Source of the DNA: Candidatus Poribacteria bacterium
GTDB lineage: Bacteria; Poribacteria; WGA-4E; PCPOR2b
Reading direction: 5' to 3'
NCBI GenBank assembly: GCA_003635265.1
Contig: PYIZ01000010.1
Location: forward strand, 151,177 to 215,176
Length of the DNA: 64,000 bases
Part shown: positions 8,438 through 18,301 of the stretch, piece by piece
Layout: each line of letters starts with the position of its first letter
How positions within the stretch are numbered: the stretch's first letter is position 1
Made by a program: the position numbers and the translations under genes
The notes under the pieces: generated by a model
Seen by the model: the letters and a program-made list of their open reading frames with translations, nothing else
Database searches by the model: none
What the model was told of the DNA's origin: nothing

Positions 8438-10138
8438 ATGCTCAACGTATCGGAGACTATGATGGCAACCCCAACGAACCAAGAACTGATCGAGCGTTGG
8501 CGCGACGAGCCAGCACCACTGCTCCCACTGCTCCACGCCTTCCATGATCGAGACGGTTTCATTTCGGAAGACGCTCTGCGTGATATAGCAGTGGGGCTCC
8601 GGATTCCCCTCGCAGATCTGTTTGGAACGGTTACGTTCTACCATCACTTCTCCCGCACTGCGCCGGGGCAAAGTGCGCCCCGCGTCTGCACGGGACCTGT
8701 TTGCTGCTTGGTCGGCGGGAATGAAATCCTTGCCGCACTCAAGGAGGAGGGTGCAACGCCGATGCCGTGTGCGGGGCGCTGTGACGATTTCGTGCCGGTG
8801 CTCAAAGGAAACCAAGTGCTTATCGGTGTGGATCCGGACGCGTTGAAAGCCAAACCCTCTCCCCTGCCCCCGCCAAATCCGGGTGGCATTGATGAGTGTG
8901 TTTTTGGCGCAATTCGTGAACCTGATCGAGCCAGTATTGCGGGATACCGCCGCACCGGTGGATACGAAGGGCTTACACGCGCAGTGCGAGAAATGCAGCC
9001 AACCGAAGTCGTCGAAGTCATCACGGAGAGCAAGCTCGCGGGACGTGGAGGGGCGGGTTTTCCCACCGGAGTCAAGTGGCAGGCAGTCGCCGAAGCACCC
9101 GGTAATCCGAAAACTATCGTTTGCAATGCGGACGAAGGGGAACCCGGTTGTTTCAAAGATCGCGCAATCCTCGATCACGATCCACATGCGGTGATCGAGG
9201 CAATGATTCTCGCTGCCTATGCGACCGGCGCGACGCGCGGCTTCATCTACCTCCGGTATGAATATCCCGAAACCCTCAATACGCTCGCAGGGGCAATTGC
9301 TGAAGCAAAGGAAGCAGGATTTCTCGGCGATCGGATTCTCAATGCAGACTTCAACTTCCAACTCTATCTGCGGCGGGGGGCCGGTGCCTATATCTGCGGT
9401 GAGGAAGGTTCGCTGCTGAACAGCCTCGAAGGCAAGCACCCCTTCCCGCGCAACCGTCCTCCCTATCCGGTGACACACGGCTACGACAACCTGCCAACAG
9501 TAGTCAATAACGTCGAAACCCTTGCCGCAGCGGCGCAGATTATGCGACGGGGAGCAGATTGGTATCGGAATCTCGGCATGAACGGTCACGCCGGCACGAA
9601 AGTCATCAGTCTCTCCGGGGACATCCAGAAGCCGGGCAATTACGAGGTGCCGTTTGGATTGCCGTTGCCGACGCTGCTCTACGATTGGGCAGGCGGTGCA
9701 CGAGAAGGGCGCTCGATTCAAGCGGTCACGATGGCGGGCTTATCCGGCGGTTTCCTCGCTGGAGGTGACCTGAACGTGACGCTTGATGAACCAAGCATCG
9801 GGAAGGTTGGGGCTATGCTCGGAGCCGCAGGGATTATCGTATTCGATGACAGCCGGGACATAATCAAGATGGCTCGCAACGCGATGGAGTTTTTCGCTGA
9901 AGAGTCGTGTGGCAAGTGCTTCCCATGCCGTATCGGCACACAACGGCTCACTGAACGACTCGCTGGCGAGGCAGGACCCAGTGATCTGACGAAGTGGAAA
10001 GGTGAGGTCAGCGACATCGGAGCGGCTATGAAGGCAACCAGTGCGTGTAGCCTCGGAACGGCTGCGCCAAATCTCACCGATAGTTTGATGAAATATTTTC
10101 CAATACAGGTGGAACAACATGTCAACCGTAGCACATAA
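8438..10138 (+). CDS. NuoE-NuoF fusion protein (NADH dehydrogenase/diaphorase module; 2Fe-2S, FMN, 4Fe-4S)
   Basis: 566-aa ORF. N-terminal NuoE-like Cys pattern CTGPVCC...CAGRC, FMN/NADH site GRGGAGFPTGVKW, 4Fe-4S motif ESCGKCFPCRIG. ATG 8459 or 8462 behind GGAG 8452-8455 are plausible alternative starts. Confidence 0.9.
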   Translation: MLNVSETMMATPTNQELIERWRDEPAPLLPLLHAFHDRDGFISEDALRDIAVGLRIPLADLFGTVTFYHHFSRTAPGQSAPRVCTGPVCCLVGGNEILAALKEEGATPMPCAGRCDDFVPVLKGNQVLIGVDPDALKAKPSPLPPPNPGGIDECVFGAIREPDRASIAGYRRTGGYEGLTRAVREMQPTEVVEVITESKLAGRGGAGFPTGVKWQAVAEAPGNPKTIVCNADEGEPGCFKDRAILDHDPHAVIEAMILAAYATGATRGFIYLRYEYPETLNTLAGAIAEAKEAGFLGDRILNADFNFQLYLRRGAGAYICGEEGSLLNSLEGKHPFPRNRPPYPVTHGYDNLPTVVNNVETLAAAAQIMRRGADWYRNLGMNGHAGTKVISLSGDIQKPGNYEVPFGLPLPTLLYDWAGGAREGRSIQAVTMAGLSGGFLAGGDLNVTLDEPSIGKVGAMLGAAGIIVFDDSRDIIKMARNAMEFFAEESCGKCFPCRIGTQRLTERLAGEAGPSDLTKWKGEVSDIGAAMKATSACSLGTAAPNLTDSLMKYFPIQVEQHVNRST

Positions 10139-10212
10139 GAGTCGGGAATTGGAATTCCCTCCTACAGTGCATTTATAGTAGAGGGCGTACCTTCCGAATC
10201 GCGACTTATCGC

Positions 10213-11775
10213 CTAATCACCTGAGTTCAACGCCTGATCCCGTAACAGATGTTTCTGGATCTTTCCTACTGAGGTTCTCGGAAATTCATCACAGAATGTG
10301 ACAGCTACAGGCACTTTGAACCGCGTGAGCGACTGACGACAACCCTCTAAAATCCTCTCTTCGGTCAGTGTCGCGCCCGGTTGGGGGATCACAAACGCTT
10401 GAGGCACCTCGTCGAACATCGGGTCAGGCATTCCGACGACTGCGACATCAGCAACACCATTGATTTGCTTAATCGCTGCCTCAATTTCGCTAGGGGCAAC
10501 ATTCTCCCCACCGCGCTTGATAATATCCTTACCCCGATCAACAAAATAGAAATATCCTTGCTCATCGTAATAGGCGTTGTCGCCGGTGTACAGCCAGCCA
10601 TCCCGCATGGTCTCCTCCGTCGCCTTCGGATTTTTGAAGTACCCTTTCATCACCGTGCGGCCGGGATCCGCTCCAATGGCAATCTGTCCAATCTCTCCCG
10701 GAGGTACTTCGTTGCCATTGTCGTCGAGGATTCGCACATCGTAACCCAAGACAGGTTTGCCCATTGAGGGTAGGTTTCTCGGACCGTAGAGCGGACTCAT
10801 CAGCGGCAGTCCAACCGTTTCGGTCATCCCCCACAGATGCTGCAGCGGCGCACCGAAGCGCGTATCCCACTCCGCAAACTGTTCATCGGTTAGGGCAATG
10901 GCAAAGGTCACATTTCTCAGGCGATTGGATCGCCAGCTATCGTTAGGAGGTTGGGCGAGCAACATCCGCAGTGGTGCGGAGAACAACGCTGCCATTGTGC
11001 ATTGATGTCGGACAGCCAATCCAAAGAATCGGGACGGGCTAAATCGCGGAGACACAACGATGCTGGCACCACAGACTAGAGAGGGCCAAAAAGCGTGGCA
11101 GTGTGCAGCTGCATGAAAAACAGGCAGCGTGATGAGGTGTCGGTCCTCGTTACGTAGACCACTACCCCGTACAAAAACTTCCGCCCCATAAATCAACGCC
11201 CTGTTGGTCATCAATACACCTTTGGGGTTGCTAGTTGTGCCAGAGGTATAGACCATGTGTACCACATCGTCGGGGGAAGTCTCAACGTCGGGCGGGGAGG
11301 TATCCTGACGGGCAATTTCGCGTTCAAATATCGGGTGCCCGCTCGGATGCTCACATCGAGACACCACAACTTCCTGCACACAAGAGGTAGCTGATGCTGC
11401 TGCCTGCGTAAGCATCAGTTGATCGAACTCTGTAATAACAAGCCGCGATTCCGAATTATCAAGGATATAGACAAGTTCATCGACCGTAGCGCGGTGATCG
11501 GTCGGCACCATGACCGCGCCAATACGACTCGCAGCGATGGCAAGCGCCACAAAAACCGGCGAGTTGGGAGCATGAAAGGCGAACGATTCCCCACGTTTAA
11601 CGCCTATCTCTCGCAACCACCTCGCAGTCTGATTCACCCGTGCTTCAAACTGGGCAAAGCTCCACTGTTGGCAATGCCCCTCCAAGTCCTCGAAAATTAG
11701 ATACGTCTTGTCGGGATGGTATGCCGCAAATTGACTAAAGATAGATGACAGTGTACGATTGCCAGCAATGTCCAC
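10213..11775 (-). CDS. AMP-dependent acyl-CoA synthetase/ligase (CaiC/FadD-like)
   Basis: 520-aa ORF. Adenylation motifs YTSGTTSNPKGV and GYFYFVDRGKDIIKRGGENV, and a C-terminal SVGKIQK lysine. Confidence 0.9.
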   Translation of the reverse strand: MDIAGNRTLSSIFSQFAAYHPDKTYLIFEDLEGHCQQWSFAQFEARVNQTARWLREIGVKRGESFAFHAPNSPVFVALAIAASRIGAVMVPTDHRATVDELVYILDNSESRLVITEFDQLMLTQAAASATSCVQEVVVSRCEHPSGHPIFEREIARQDTSPPDVETSPDDVVHMVYTSGTTSNPKGVLMTNRALIYGAEVFVRGSGLRNEDRHLITLPVFHAAAHCHAFWPSLVCGASIVVSPRFSPSRFFGLAVRHQCTMAALFSAPLRMLLAQPPNDSWRSNRLRNVTFAIALTDEQFAEWDTRFGAPLQHLWGMTETVGLPLMSPLYGPRNLPSMGKPVLGYDVRILDDNGNEVPPGEIGQIAIGADPGRTVMKGYFKNPKATEETMRDGWLYTGDNAYYDEQGYFYFVDRGKDIIKRGGENVAPSEIEAAIKQINGVADVAVVGMPDPMFDEVPQAFVIPQPGATLTEERILEGCRQSLTRFKVPVAVTFCDEFPRTSVGKIQKHLLRDQALNSGD

Positions 11776-11802
11776 TCTAGTTCTCCCCTCAACGCCTCAA
11801 AA

Positions 11803-12591
11803 TCAGTCTTTATCTCCTCGCTGCACGAACCGATCCACTGACTGCTGCGCCTCCAACGTCCCATAACACCTTTCAAACGCTTCAACCGTCCGTCGTTCCC
11901 AATGCTCGTGGTTCAGTACCCGCATCTCACGCAGTAACACCTTGGTTTCCGTCAACGCAGCCTTTGGGCGTGAGGCGAGCTCCTCAACCCAACCACGAAA
12001 TTGAGCCTCAAACTCCTCGTTAGACCACACTTCATCAACCAAACCGAGTTGTTGTGCCGATTCCCCATCAAATTGACCACCACACAGCATCAACGTTCTG
12101 GCAGCCTGAAATCCAACCAGTTCCACCAACCGTGAAACACCCCAAGGTGGTGTCCAGCCGTGCGCCACTTCGGGCAAGCCAATAGTGGCACCCTGTGCAG
12201 CGGCGCGGAAATCGTGGTAGACGCCCAAAAAGAGTCCTCCACCGAGAACATACCCCTGCCACGCCGCAACCGTAATCTGCGGAAGTTCCGCTAGCTGCGC
12301 AAAAACCTGCCCGTGCGTATACTCAAACGCAGCCGCCTGCTGCGGAGAACACTCCGCCAGTTCCTTCAGGTCACTGCCCGCAGAAAACGCGCGTCCACTG
12401 CCTTGAGTAACAAGCACTGCCACTTCTGAAGCCTCCCGCACCTGACACAGTGCATCTTCAAAATCGTGCAATAAGGCTTGGTTGATAGCATTAAGCGCTT
12501 CAGGACGACACAAGGTCACCGTGGCAACTCGATCGGATATTTCCAATTCAACTAGCGGCACTTTTCGCAACTCTTTCTTGGACAGCTGCAT
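11803..12591 (-). CDS. Enoyl-CoA hydratase/isomerase (crotonase) family protein
   Basis: 262-aa ORF. Crotonase motifs GSGRAFSAGSDLKE and GYVLGGGLFLG. Lies 27 nt upstream of the ligase gene. Confidence 0.9.
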   Translation of the reverse strand: MQLSKKELRKVPLVELEISDRVATVTLCRPEALNAINQALLHDFEDALCQVREASEVAVLVTQGSGRAFSAGSDLKELAECSPQQAAAFEYTHGQVFAQLAELPQITVAAWQGYVLGGGLFLGVYHDFRAAAQGATIGLPEVAHGWTPPWGVSRLVELVGFQAARTLMLCGGQFDGESAQQLGLVDEVWSNEEFEAQFRGWVEELASRPKAALTETKVLLREMRVLNHEHWERRTVEAFERCYGTLEAQQSVDRFVQRGDKD

Positions 12592-12619
12592 TAAGTCAGG
12601 ATCAGGATTTTTAGGATTA

Positions 12620-12650
12620 GTTCATTAGTTCACTAGTTCATTCAATGAAC
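12620..12650. repeat. GTTCATT repeat/palindrome (family 2)
   Basis: gttcattagttcactagttcattcaatgaac sits in the 80-nt spacer between the enolase-superfamily and crotonase genes. Confidence 0.65.
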
Positions 12651-12671
12651 CAGTGAATCAATAAACCAGCT

Positions 12672-13676
12672 TTACGCTACGCGGTATTTCTCAACTACAT
12701 CCATGTCCACTGTGATGCCAAGGCCTGGCCCCTCTGGCACCAGAAAGTGCCCCGCTTTGATCGTTAATCCCTCTTTTGCAACGTCTGCGATACGCATGTG
12801 GGGCAACTCATCACAAGGCAGAGTCGCGTTGGGCAAGGTGCATTGCACATGGACGGAATAGGCAGCCATAATGCTCAAACAGAGACCTCCCATCTGTACC
12901 CAGCAAGGCACATCTGCAGCTTCAGCCAAGGCAGCGGATTTTCGTAGGCTTTGGGCGGAACCACCCAAGTTCACATAGTCGATGCACTCTGCCTTGAGTG
13001 CAGCAAGCACCCCGCCCGGTGGTCCGAGATGAAGTGCTTGGGGGATGTGAGTTTTCTCACGTAACAAGCGATACCAATCCAAGTTAGTTTTGAGGACCGG
13101 GTCTTCAAAATTGGCAACCGTTCCAAAAGGTTCAAGCTGTTCCGCCAGACGCGTGGCAATATGGAGGTATTTGAACTCTGTATTTGGATCCACGCCGACG
13201 GTGTAATCGGGACCCGCCGCCTCTTTTATGAGGCGCACCGTTTCCACGATGTTCCAAGAACGCGCCTTCAGTTTGTGGTTCGTAAAGCCCAAACTCGCAC
13301 CCACCTCTGCCTCCGCAGCTGTTTCGTGCGGTTCCATGGGACAGGACCAGTAGGAGACCGGCACCTCATCGCGCACCTTTTGACCAAAAAAGCGGTGGAC
13401 GGGAATGCCGTGCATCTGCCCGGTGATGTCCAAAAGCGCACAGGTGAACGCATCGGGTTGGGCGAATGGGTCTAACGCCAATACCTCTTGACCGATGTAA
13501 GACTGTGCCGTTCCCTCGTGTGCGGATCGTGCGCCTTGGTACTCGCCCCAACCCTCTATACCTTCGTCTGTCTGAACGCGACAGAGGGTGATGTCGTAAA
13601 TCTTGGGCATATATTTGGCAATCGGCGGGATTGGTGGGATTTCTACCTCGTAAAGATCCACTTGTGTAATTTTCAT
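12672..13676 (-). CDS. Enolase-superfamily enzyme (mandelate racemase/muconate lactonizing type), paralogue A
   Basis: 334-aa ORF. KxK motif in NHKLKAR and candidate metal ligands in VGVDPN and NFEDP. 302 of 334 residues are identical to the upstream neighbour. Confidence 0.85.
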   Translation of the reverse strand: MKITQVDLYEVEIPPIPPIAKYMPKIYDITLCRVQTDEGIEGWGEYQGARSAHEGTAQSYIGQEVLALDPFAQPDAFTCALLDITGQMHGIPVHRFFGQKVRDEVPVSYWSCPMEPHETAAEAEVGASLGFTNHKLKARSWNIVETVRLIKEAAGPDYTVGVDPNTEFKYLHIATRLAEQLEPFGTVANFEDPVLKTNLDWYRLLREKTHIPQALHLGPPGGVLAALKAECIDYVNLGGSAQSLRKSAALAEAADVPCWVQMGGLCLSIMAAYSVHVQCTLPNATLPCDELPHMRIADVAKEGLTIKAGHFLVPEGPGLGITVDMDVVEKYRVA

Positions 13677-13703
13677 GTCAATAGTTCTCCTTCGATTCAG
13701 GTT

Positions 13704-14708
13704 TCACGCAACCCGATACTTTTCAATTACATCCATGTCCACTGTGATACCAAGCCCTGGTCCCTCCGGCACCAGAAAGTGCCCCGCTTTGATTGTTAAC
13801 CCTTCTTTCACAACGTCCGCGATGCGGATGTGGGGCAACTCATCACAAGGCAAGGTTGCACTTGGCAAGGTGCATTGCACATGGACAGAATAGGCAGCCA
13901 TAATGCTCAAGCAGAGACCTCCGATCTGCACCCAACAAGGCACATCTGCGGCTTCAGCCAATGCAGCAGATTTGCGTACCTGTTGGACAGGTCCGCCCAA
14001 GTTCAGGTAGTCGATGCACTCCGCCTTGAGTGCTGCTAGCACTGCGTCCGGCGGTCCCAAGTGCAGTGCTTGGGGGATGTGGGTTTTCTCGCGTAACAAA
14101 CGATACCAATCCAAGTTATTTGTCAGGACTGGGTCCTCAAAGTTCGCAACTGTTCCAAAAGGTTCGAGCTGTTCCGCCAGACGCGTGGCGATATGTACGT
14201 ATTTGAATCCCATATTGGGATCCAAGCCGACGGTGTAATCGGGTCCCGCCACCTCCTTTATAAGGCGCACCGTCTCCACGACGTCCGAAGCACGCGCCTT
14301 CAGTTTGTGGTTGGTGAATCCCAAGCGCGCTCCCACCTCTGCCTCCGCAGCTGTTTCGTGTGGTTCCATTGTGGTGGACCAGTAGGAAACCGGCACCTCA
14401 TCGCGTACCTTCTGACCGAAAAAGCGGTGGACTGGAATACCATACATTTGACCGGTGATGTCCAACAGCGCACAGGTGAACGCATCGGGTTGCGCGAATG
14501 GGTCTAACGCCAACACCTCTTGACCGATGTAAGACTGTGCCGTACCCTCGTGAGTAGATCGTGTGCCTAGGTACTCGCCCCAACCTTCTATACCTTCGTC
14601 TGTCTGAACCCGGCAGAGGGTGATGTCATAGATCTTAGGAACGTATTTGGCAATCGGCGGGATTGGGGGAATTTCTACCTCGTAAAGATCCACTTCCGTA
14701 ATTTTCAT
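13704..14708 (-). CDS. Enolase-superfamily enzyme (mandelate racemase/muconate lactonizing type), paralogue B
   Basis: 334-aa ORF, collinear with 12672-13676 and separated from it by 27 nt. Same KxK and metal-ligand blocks. Confidence 0.85.
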   Translation of the reverse strand: MKITEVDLYEVEIPPIPPIAKYVPKIYDITLCRVQTDEGIEGWGEYLGTRSTHEGTAQSYIGQEVLALDPFAQPDAFTCALLDITGQMYGIPVHRFFGQKVRDEVPVSYWSTTMEPHETAAEAEVGARLGFTNHKLKARASDVVETVRLIKEVAGPDYTVGLDPNMGFKYVHIATRLAEQLEPFGTVANFEDPVLTNNLDWYRLLREKTHIPQALHLGPPDAVLAALKAECIDYLNLGGPVQQVRKSAALAEAADVPCWVQIGGLCLSIMAAYSVHVQCTLPSATLPCDELPHIRIADVVKEGLTIKAGHFLVPEGPGLGITVDMDVIEKYRVA

Positions 14709-14804
14709 ATCAATAGTTCCCTTTCTATGAATCTGGAGCTGCCACTGAAATCTACATTATGGGTCCACCAAAATCGGGCACCCACTGCTTTCGATTCAGC
14801 ACTC

Positions 14805-15914
14805 CTAGGAACCTTCCTGCTGCAATCGTCGAATCCGTGCCGGCACACTATCATTGGCAATTTCTATGGATTGAATACCCAAACCACGATCTGACAATGG
14901 CAAATCAACCTTGGCTCCCCCACGCCGGTGCGATTCCCGCAGCCCGACAGCGACTTCCAACGCCGCCCGCCCATCATCCCCAGAACATTTTGGGGGCTGT
15001 CCCGTTTCAGCAGCGTTAATCAGGTCTGCGACGATTGTCAGACCCATACCCTGCATCCGTACGGGCCAAGGGAATGGAACCTTTGCCGGTCTGGGGCGAC
15101 CACGACGACCGCCGGGTACGGTGAGGATAAATTCAAACTCCTCCGCATTGTTTAGGGAACGGATACGCCCCTCTGTGCCAATTACATCAACCTCCCAAGA
15201 GGCAGCACCAGTGGGCATACTCCTCAAATAGGCACGCACCCCGTTATCAAAAACCAGGTAGCCGTTGCCCGACAGATCGTTTTCACCGGCGGCGGCTTCG
15301 TCTGATTCCATCTCGCCGAAAACCCACTCGACGTTGCCACCAGCCATGTAGCGCAAAATATCAATGGCGTGACTGCCGTTATGGGACAAGCCGCACTGGG
15401 CATAGACAGTGACCTGCAAAAGTTCGCCTAGCTCCCCTGCGTCGATGAGCTGTCGGGCTTCGCTGAAGAACGGATTCCAGCGGCGAGCGCAGTTGACTGC
15501 CAACGCCACGCCATTCTCCCGGCAGACGTTCACCATCGTATCCGCTTCCGCTAGTGTCAAAGCAATCGGCTTTTCCGCCCAGATGGCTTTCACCCCTGCA
15601 CGAGCAACATCCTGTACGATAGCTGCACGGACACGCGCTGTTGTGCACACACTGACAAGGTCCAACTGTTCTTCCGCTAGCATCTCCCGATAGTCGCTAT
15701 ACAAGTGGTCAGAGCTTATGCCCCAACGCTCCCCGAAGATAGATGCCTGTTCCTCGTGAAGATCTGCCCCGGCGACCAATTCGACGTTGGGTGCAGCGTG
15801 GTAACTGGGTCCATGGCAATAGGGCAGGAAGAGCGAACCCCCTTGCGTAATCTCATCGTCAAAGGTGCTGCCCATTCTACCTAGACCAATCACTGCGGCA
15901 CGATAGGTTGACAT
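14805..15914 (-). CDS. Gfo/Idh/MocA family oxidoreductase
   Basis: 369-aa ORF. N-terminal Rossmann motif YRAAVIGLGRMGS. ggagg RBS. Confidence 0.85.
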   Translation of the reverse strand: MSTYRAAVIGLGRMGSTFDDEITQGGSLFLPYCHGPSYHAAPNVELVAGADLHEEQASIFGERWGISSDHLYSDYREMLAEEQLDLVSVCTTARVRAAIVQDVARAGVKAIWAEKPIALTLAEADTMVNVCRENGVALAVNCARRWNPFFSEARQLIDAGELGELLQVTVYAQCGLSHNGSHAIDILRYMAGGNVEWVFGEMESDEAAAGENDLSGNGYLVFDNGVRAYLRSMPTGAASWEVDVIGTEGRIRSLNNAEEFEFILTVPGGRRGRPRPAKVPFPWPVRMQGMGLTIVADLINAAETGQPPKCSGDDGRAALEVAVGLRESHRRGGAKVDLPLSDRGLGIQSIEIANDSVPARIRRLQQEGS

Positions 15915-15996
15915 AAATTTGTCCTCCGATAATATTTCGTTCCAATCTGATTAATCGAAACCCGATCCTTTTGTGGAACACGTCTTGGAAAAATTC

Positions 15997-16019
15997 CTTT
16001 TACGTTTCACGCTTCACGT
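15997..16019 (-). repeat. GTGAARC heptamer repeat motif (family 1)
   Basis: The minus strand reads acgtgaagcgtgaaacgtaaaag, 42 nt after the stop of the 16061-17041 gene. Orientation relative to the upstream gene matches the copy at 8298. Confidence 0.7.
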
Positions 16020-16060
16020 CTGTAGTAAGTTGCACTTTTTCAATATGAGTCTTTGTAGCT

Positions 16061-17041
16061 TTAGGCGTATCTTCTCAGTTCTTCGACCTTCGACACCGCA
16101 TCTAAGGCTTCTCGTGCCTCCGGCGGTAATCGCCAATCCGCCGATCCGAAAACCTCATCCACATGTTCGGGGAAGTCCGCACCATGAATCGGGGCGGTTA
16201 TCTCCGGGTGGTCTAAAATCCATGCCACCGCTACCTGTGCGGGGGTTCGACCATTTTCTGCGCCGATGTCAATGAGCGTCTGTACAATCCTATCGACTCG
16301 CTCTGTCATTGCCTCTTCAAAGTTGTATTTATGCGCACTTAGACCCCATTCCGGTCCCTTCCCCCAAGGGGTGTTCGCTGGCGGCTCCTGACCGCGACGG
16401 AAATGTCCGCTCAACAATCCAATGGCAAGTGGGCTGAACGTCATGATCCCTATCCCTTGTTCACGGCACAACGGCATCAGGTCGGGCTCGATCTCCCAAC
16501 GATTCAACAGATTGTATTGGTTTTGGATACAAACAAACGACTCTAGGTTCCGAAGCGCGCTGATTCCGAGAGCCTCCATGACCTTCCACGCTCGAAAATT
16601 GCTACAACCGATATACCGCACCTTTCCTGTGCGTACCATATCGTCTAACGCACGGGCAGTTTCTTCAAGTGGAGTCTTCGGATCAAAGCTGTGGAGCAAG
16701 TAAAGATCGATATGGTCGGTCTGAAGTCGATCAAGGCTCGCATCAACACCCTGCATCAAATTTACGCGTGATAAGCCGGTGTGGTTCGGACTATTTCCCA
16801 ACGTCCCAAAGATTTTGGTGCATAGCACAATATCGTCGCGTTTCTCTTTTATCGCCTTGCCGACAATGATCTCTGATCGTCCTGCACCGTAGAGGGCAGT
16901 ATCAATAAAATTGCACCCGAGATCAATCGCCCGATCTATCACCCGTATGGCGGCGCTTTCGTCCGCCTGACCACGGAATGCTGTCCCTAGACAGATACAG
17001 GACACCTTGACGCCGGTCTTACCTATGTGTCGATACTCCAT
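16061..17041 (-). CDS. Aldo/keto reductase
   Basis: 326-aa ORF. Typical AKR blocks (LGTAFRG, IDTALYG, DLYLLH, IGCSNF). aaggag RBS. Confidence 0.9.
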   Translation of the reverse strand: MEYRHIGKTGVKVSCICLGTAFRGQADESAAIRVIDRAIDLGCNFIDTALYGAGRSEIIVGKAIKEKRDDIVLCTKIFGTLGNSPNHTGLSRVNLMQGVDASLDRLQTDHIDLYLLHSFDPKTPLEETARALDDMVRTGKVRYIGCSNFRAWKVMEALGISALRNLESFVCIQNQYNLLNRWEIEPDLMPLCREQGIGIMTFSPLAIGLLSGHFRRGQEPPANTPWGKGPEWGLSAHKYNFEEAMTERVDRIVQTLIDIGAENGRTPAQVAVAWILDHPEITAPIHGADFPEHVDEVFGSADWRLPPEAREALDAVSKVEELRRYA

Positions 17042-17050
17042 ACTTTCTCC

Positions 17051-18289
17051 TTATATAAGCCCCAGCACTTCGTCGATTTCCGATTGATATTCGTATACTT
17101 GGCAGCTCTCAACTTCGCTCATTTTCACCGCCCGTCCGGCTCTAGCAGATTCAAATATAGCGTAGATAGCCGCTACATCCTTCATGCCTTCACGCCCATC
17201 TACCTCTATCTCCCGGTCATTCAGAATCGCTTCAGCCAATTCGTAATACTCCAATGCAAGAATTTTCCAATCTACTTTGCTGTCCGTATCGGTGATTCGG
17301 GTGGGAAACAGATACTCCGCCAGCGGTTCCAGTGCAAAGCCGTCCGCAAATCCGAGGAGGTCTTCCTGAGACATCTCCTCCTCGTCTCTCCGCTTCATAC
17401 TGACTCGGCTGCCACGCGCTCCAAACCCGTTTATGCACCCCTGGTCTCCTAAAATGAGTTCCCCGCCATAGCTACCGGTGCCGCCACGACTGATTAGCCA
17501 GTTCACGGTCACTCCGCTTTCCATCTTGAATATCGCCATTGAGGTATCCTCTGCCGTAGCGGGCACTTCATTGTCCATGGCTCGATGGCGATTCTGGTAG
17601 AAGGTGTAGGTATCACCGATGCTGTCCGGCTTACGCCTCACTGGTTCGATCAGCCATACATCACCGTAGACCTCTGCGATATCTCCGAGCTGATAGCGAA
17701 TCTGGTCTGCCATGTGGACGCCCATATCGACGATGGGTCCGCCTTTATCCTTGAGGTGTCGCCATGGCGTAATGAAAATGGTATTGCCAGCACTGAGCGA
17801 GTGGAAAAGCCCCATGTAGGGTGTTCCGATTGCGCCTATTTTCAGCAGATGGTTGACCAACCGCGCTGAGGGATCACGCCGATAGTTCTCTGCCACCGAC
17901 AACTTTCGGTCATTCCGTTCCGCAGCGTCAATCATTGCCTGACACGCCCCCACCGTGATTGCCATCGGTTTCTCAACCATAACATGCAGCCCCAGGTCCA
18001 GTGCCTGACAGACGACGGTGTGGTGCACCGACGGATCCGTCACCACATCTACAGCGGTGAGATCCGGTGTTTGACGCGCCATCTCCTCTAAATCAGTGAA
18101 GATAGCCGGTTGTACCCCCAGCAGCTTTTTCGCTTCGGCGGCAGCGAGTTCAGCGTTTTCACGACGAATGTCGCACAAAGCACATAACTCAACGTTGTTA
18201 AATGGCGTCTGTGTCAGCTCCCGAAGCCCATAGAGATGTCGGGTCCCCATGCCGCCACAGCCTACCAACCCAAGTCTAATTTTGTCCAT
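17051..18289 (-). CDS. Gfo/Idh/MocA family oxidoreductase
   Basis: 412-aa ORF. Rossmann motif IRLGLVGCGGMGTRH. Lies 9 nt upstream of the AKR gene. Confidence 0.85.
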   Translation of the reverse strand: MDKIRLGLVGCGGMGTRHLYGLRELTQTPFNNVELCALCDIRRENAELAAAEAKKLLGVQPAIFTDLEEMARQTPDLTAVDVVTDPSVHHTVVCQALDLGLHVMVEKPMAITVGACQAMIDAAERNDRKLSVAENYRRDPSARLVNHLLKIGAIGTPYMGLFHSLSAGNTIFITPWRHLKDKGGPIVDMGVHMADQIRYQLGDIAEVYGDVWLIEPVRRKPDSIGDTYTFYQNRHRAMDNEVPATAEDTSMAIFKMESGVTVNWLISRGGTGSYGGELILGDQGCINGFGARGSRVSMKRRDEEEMSQEDLLGFADGFALEPLAEYLFPTRITDTDSKVDWKILALEYYELAEAILNDREIEVDGREGMKDVAAIYAIFESARAGRAVKMSEVESCQVYEYQSEIDEVLGLI

Positions 18290-18301
18290 ATCGTCTCCTC
18301 G

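Noticed and set aside
8429-9721. 430-aa ORF on the minus strand
   Set aside because: It lies entirely antisense to the well-supported NuoE-NuoF gene. The sequence is Arg/Cys/Gly-rich and not protein-like. It is a typical antisense shadow ORF.
10144-10159. Palindrome gggaatt-gg-aattccc between convergent genes as a terminator
   Set aside because: The stem is a perfect 7 bp but AT-rich and short, with no flanking U- or A-tract. The support is too weak to call.
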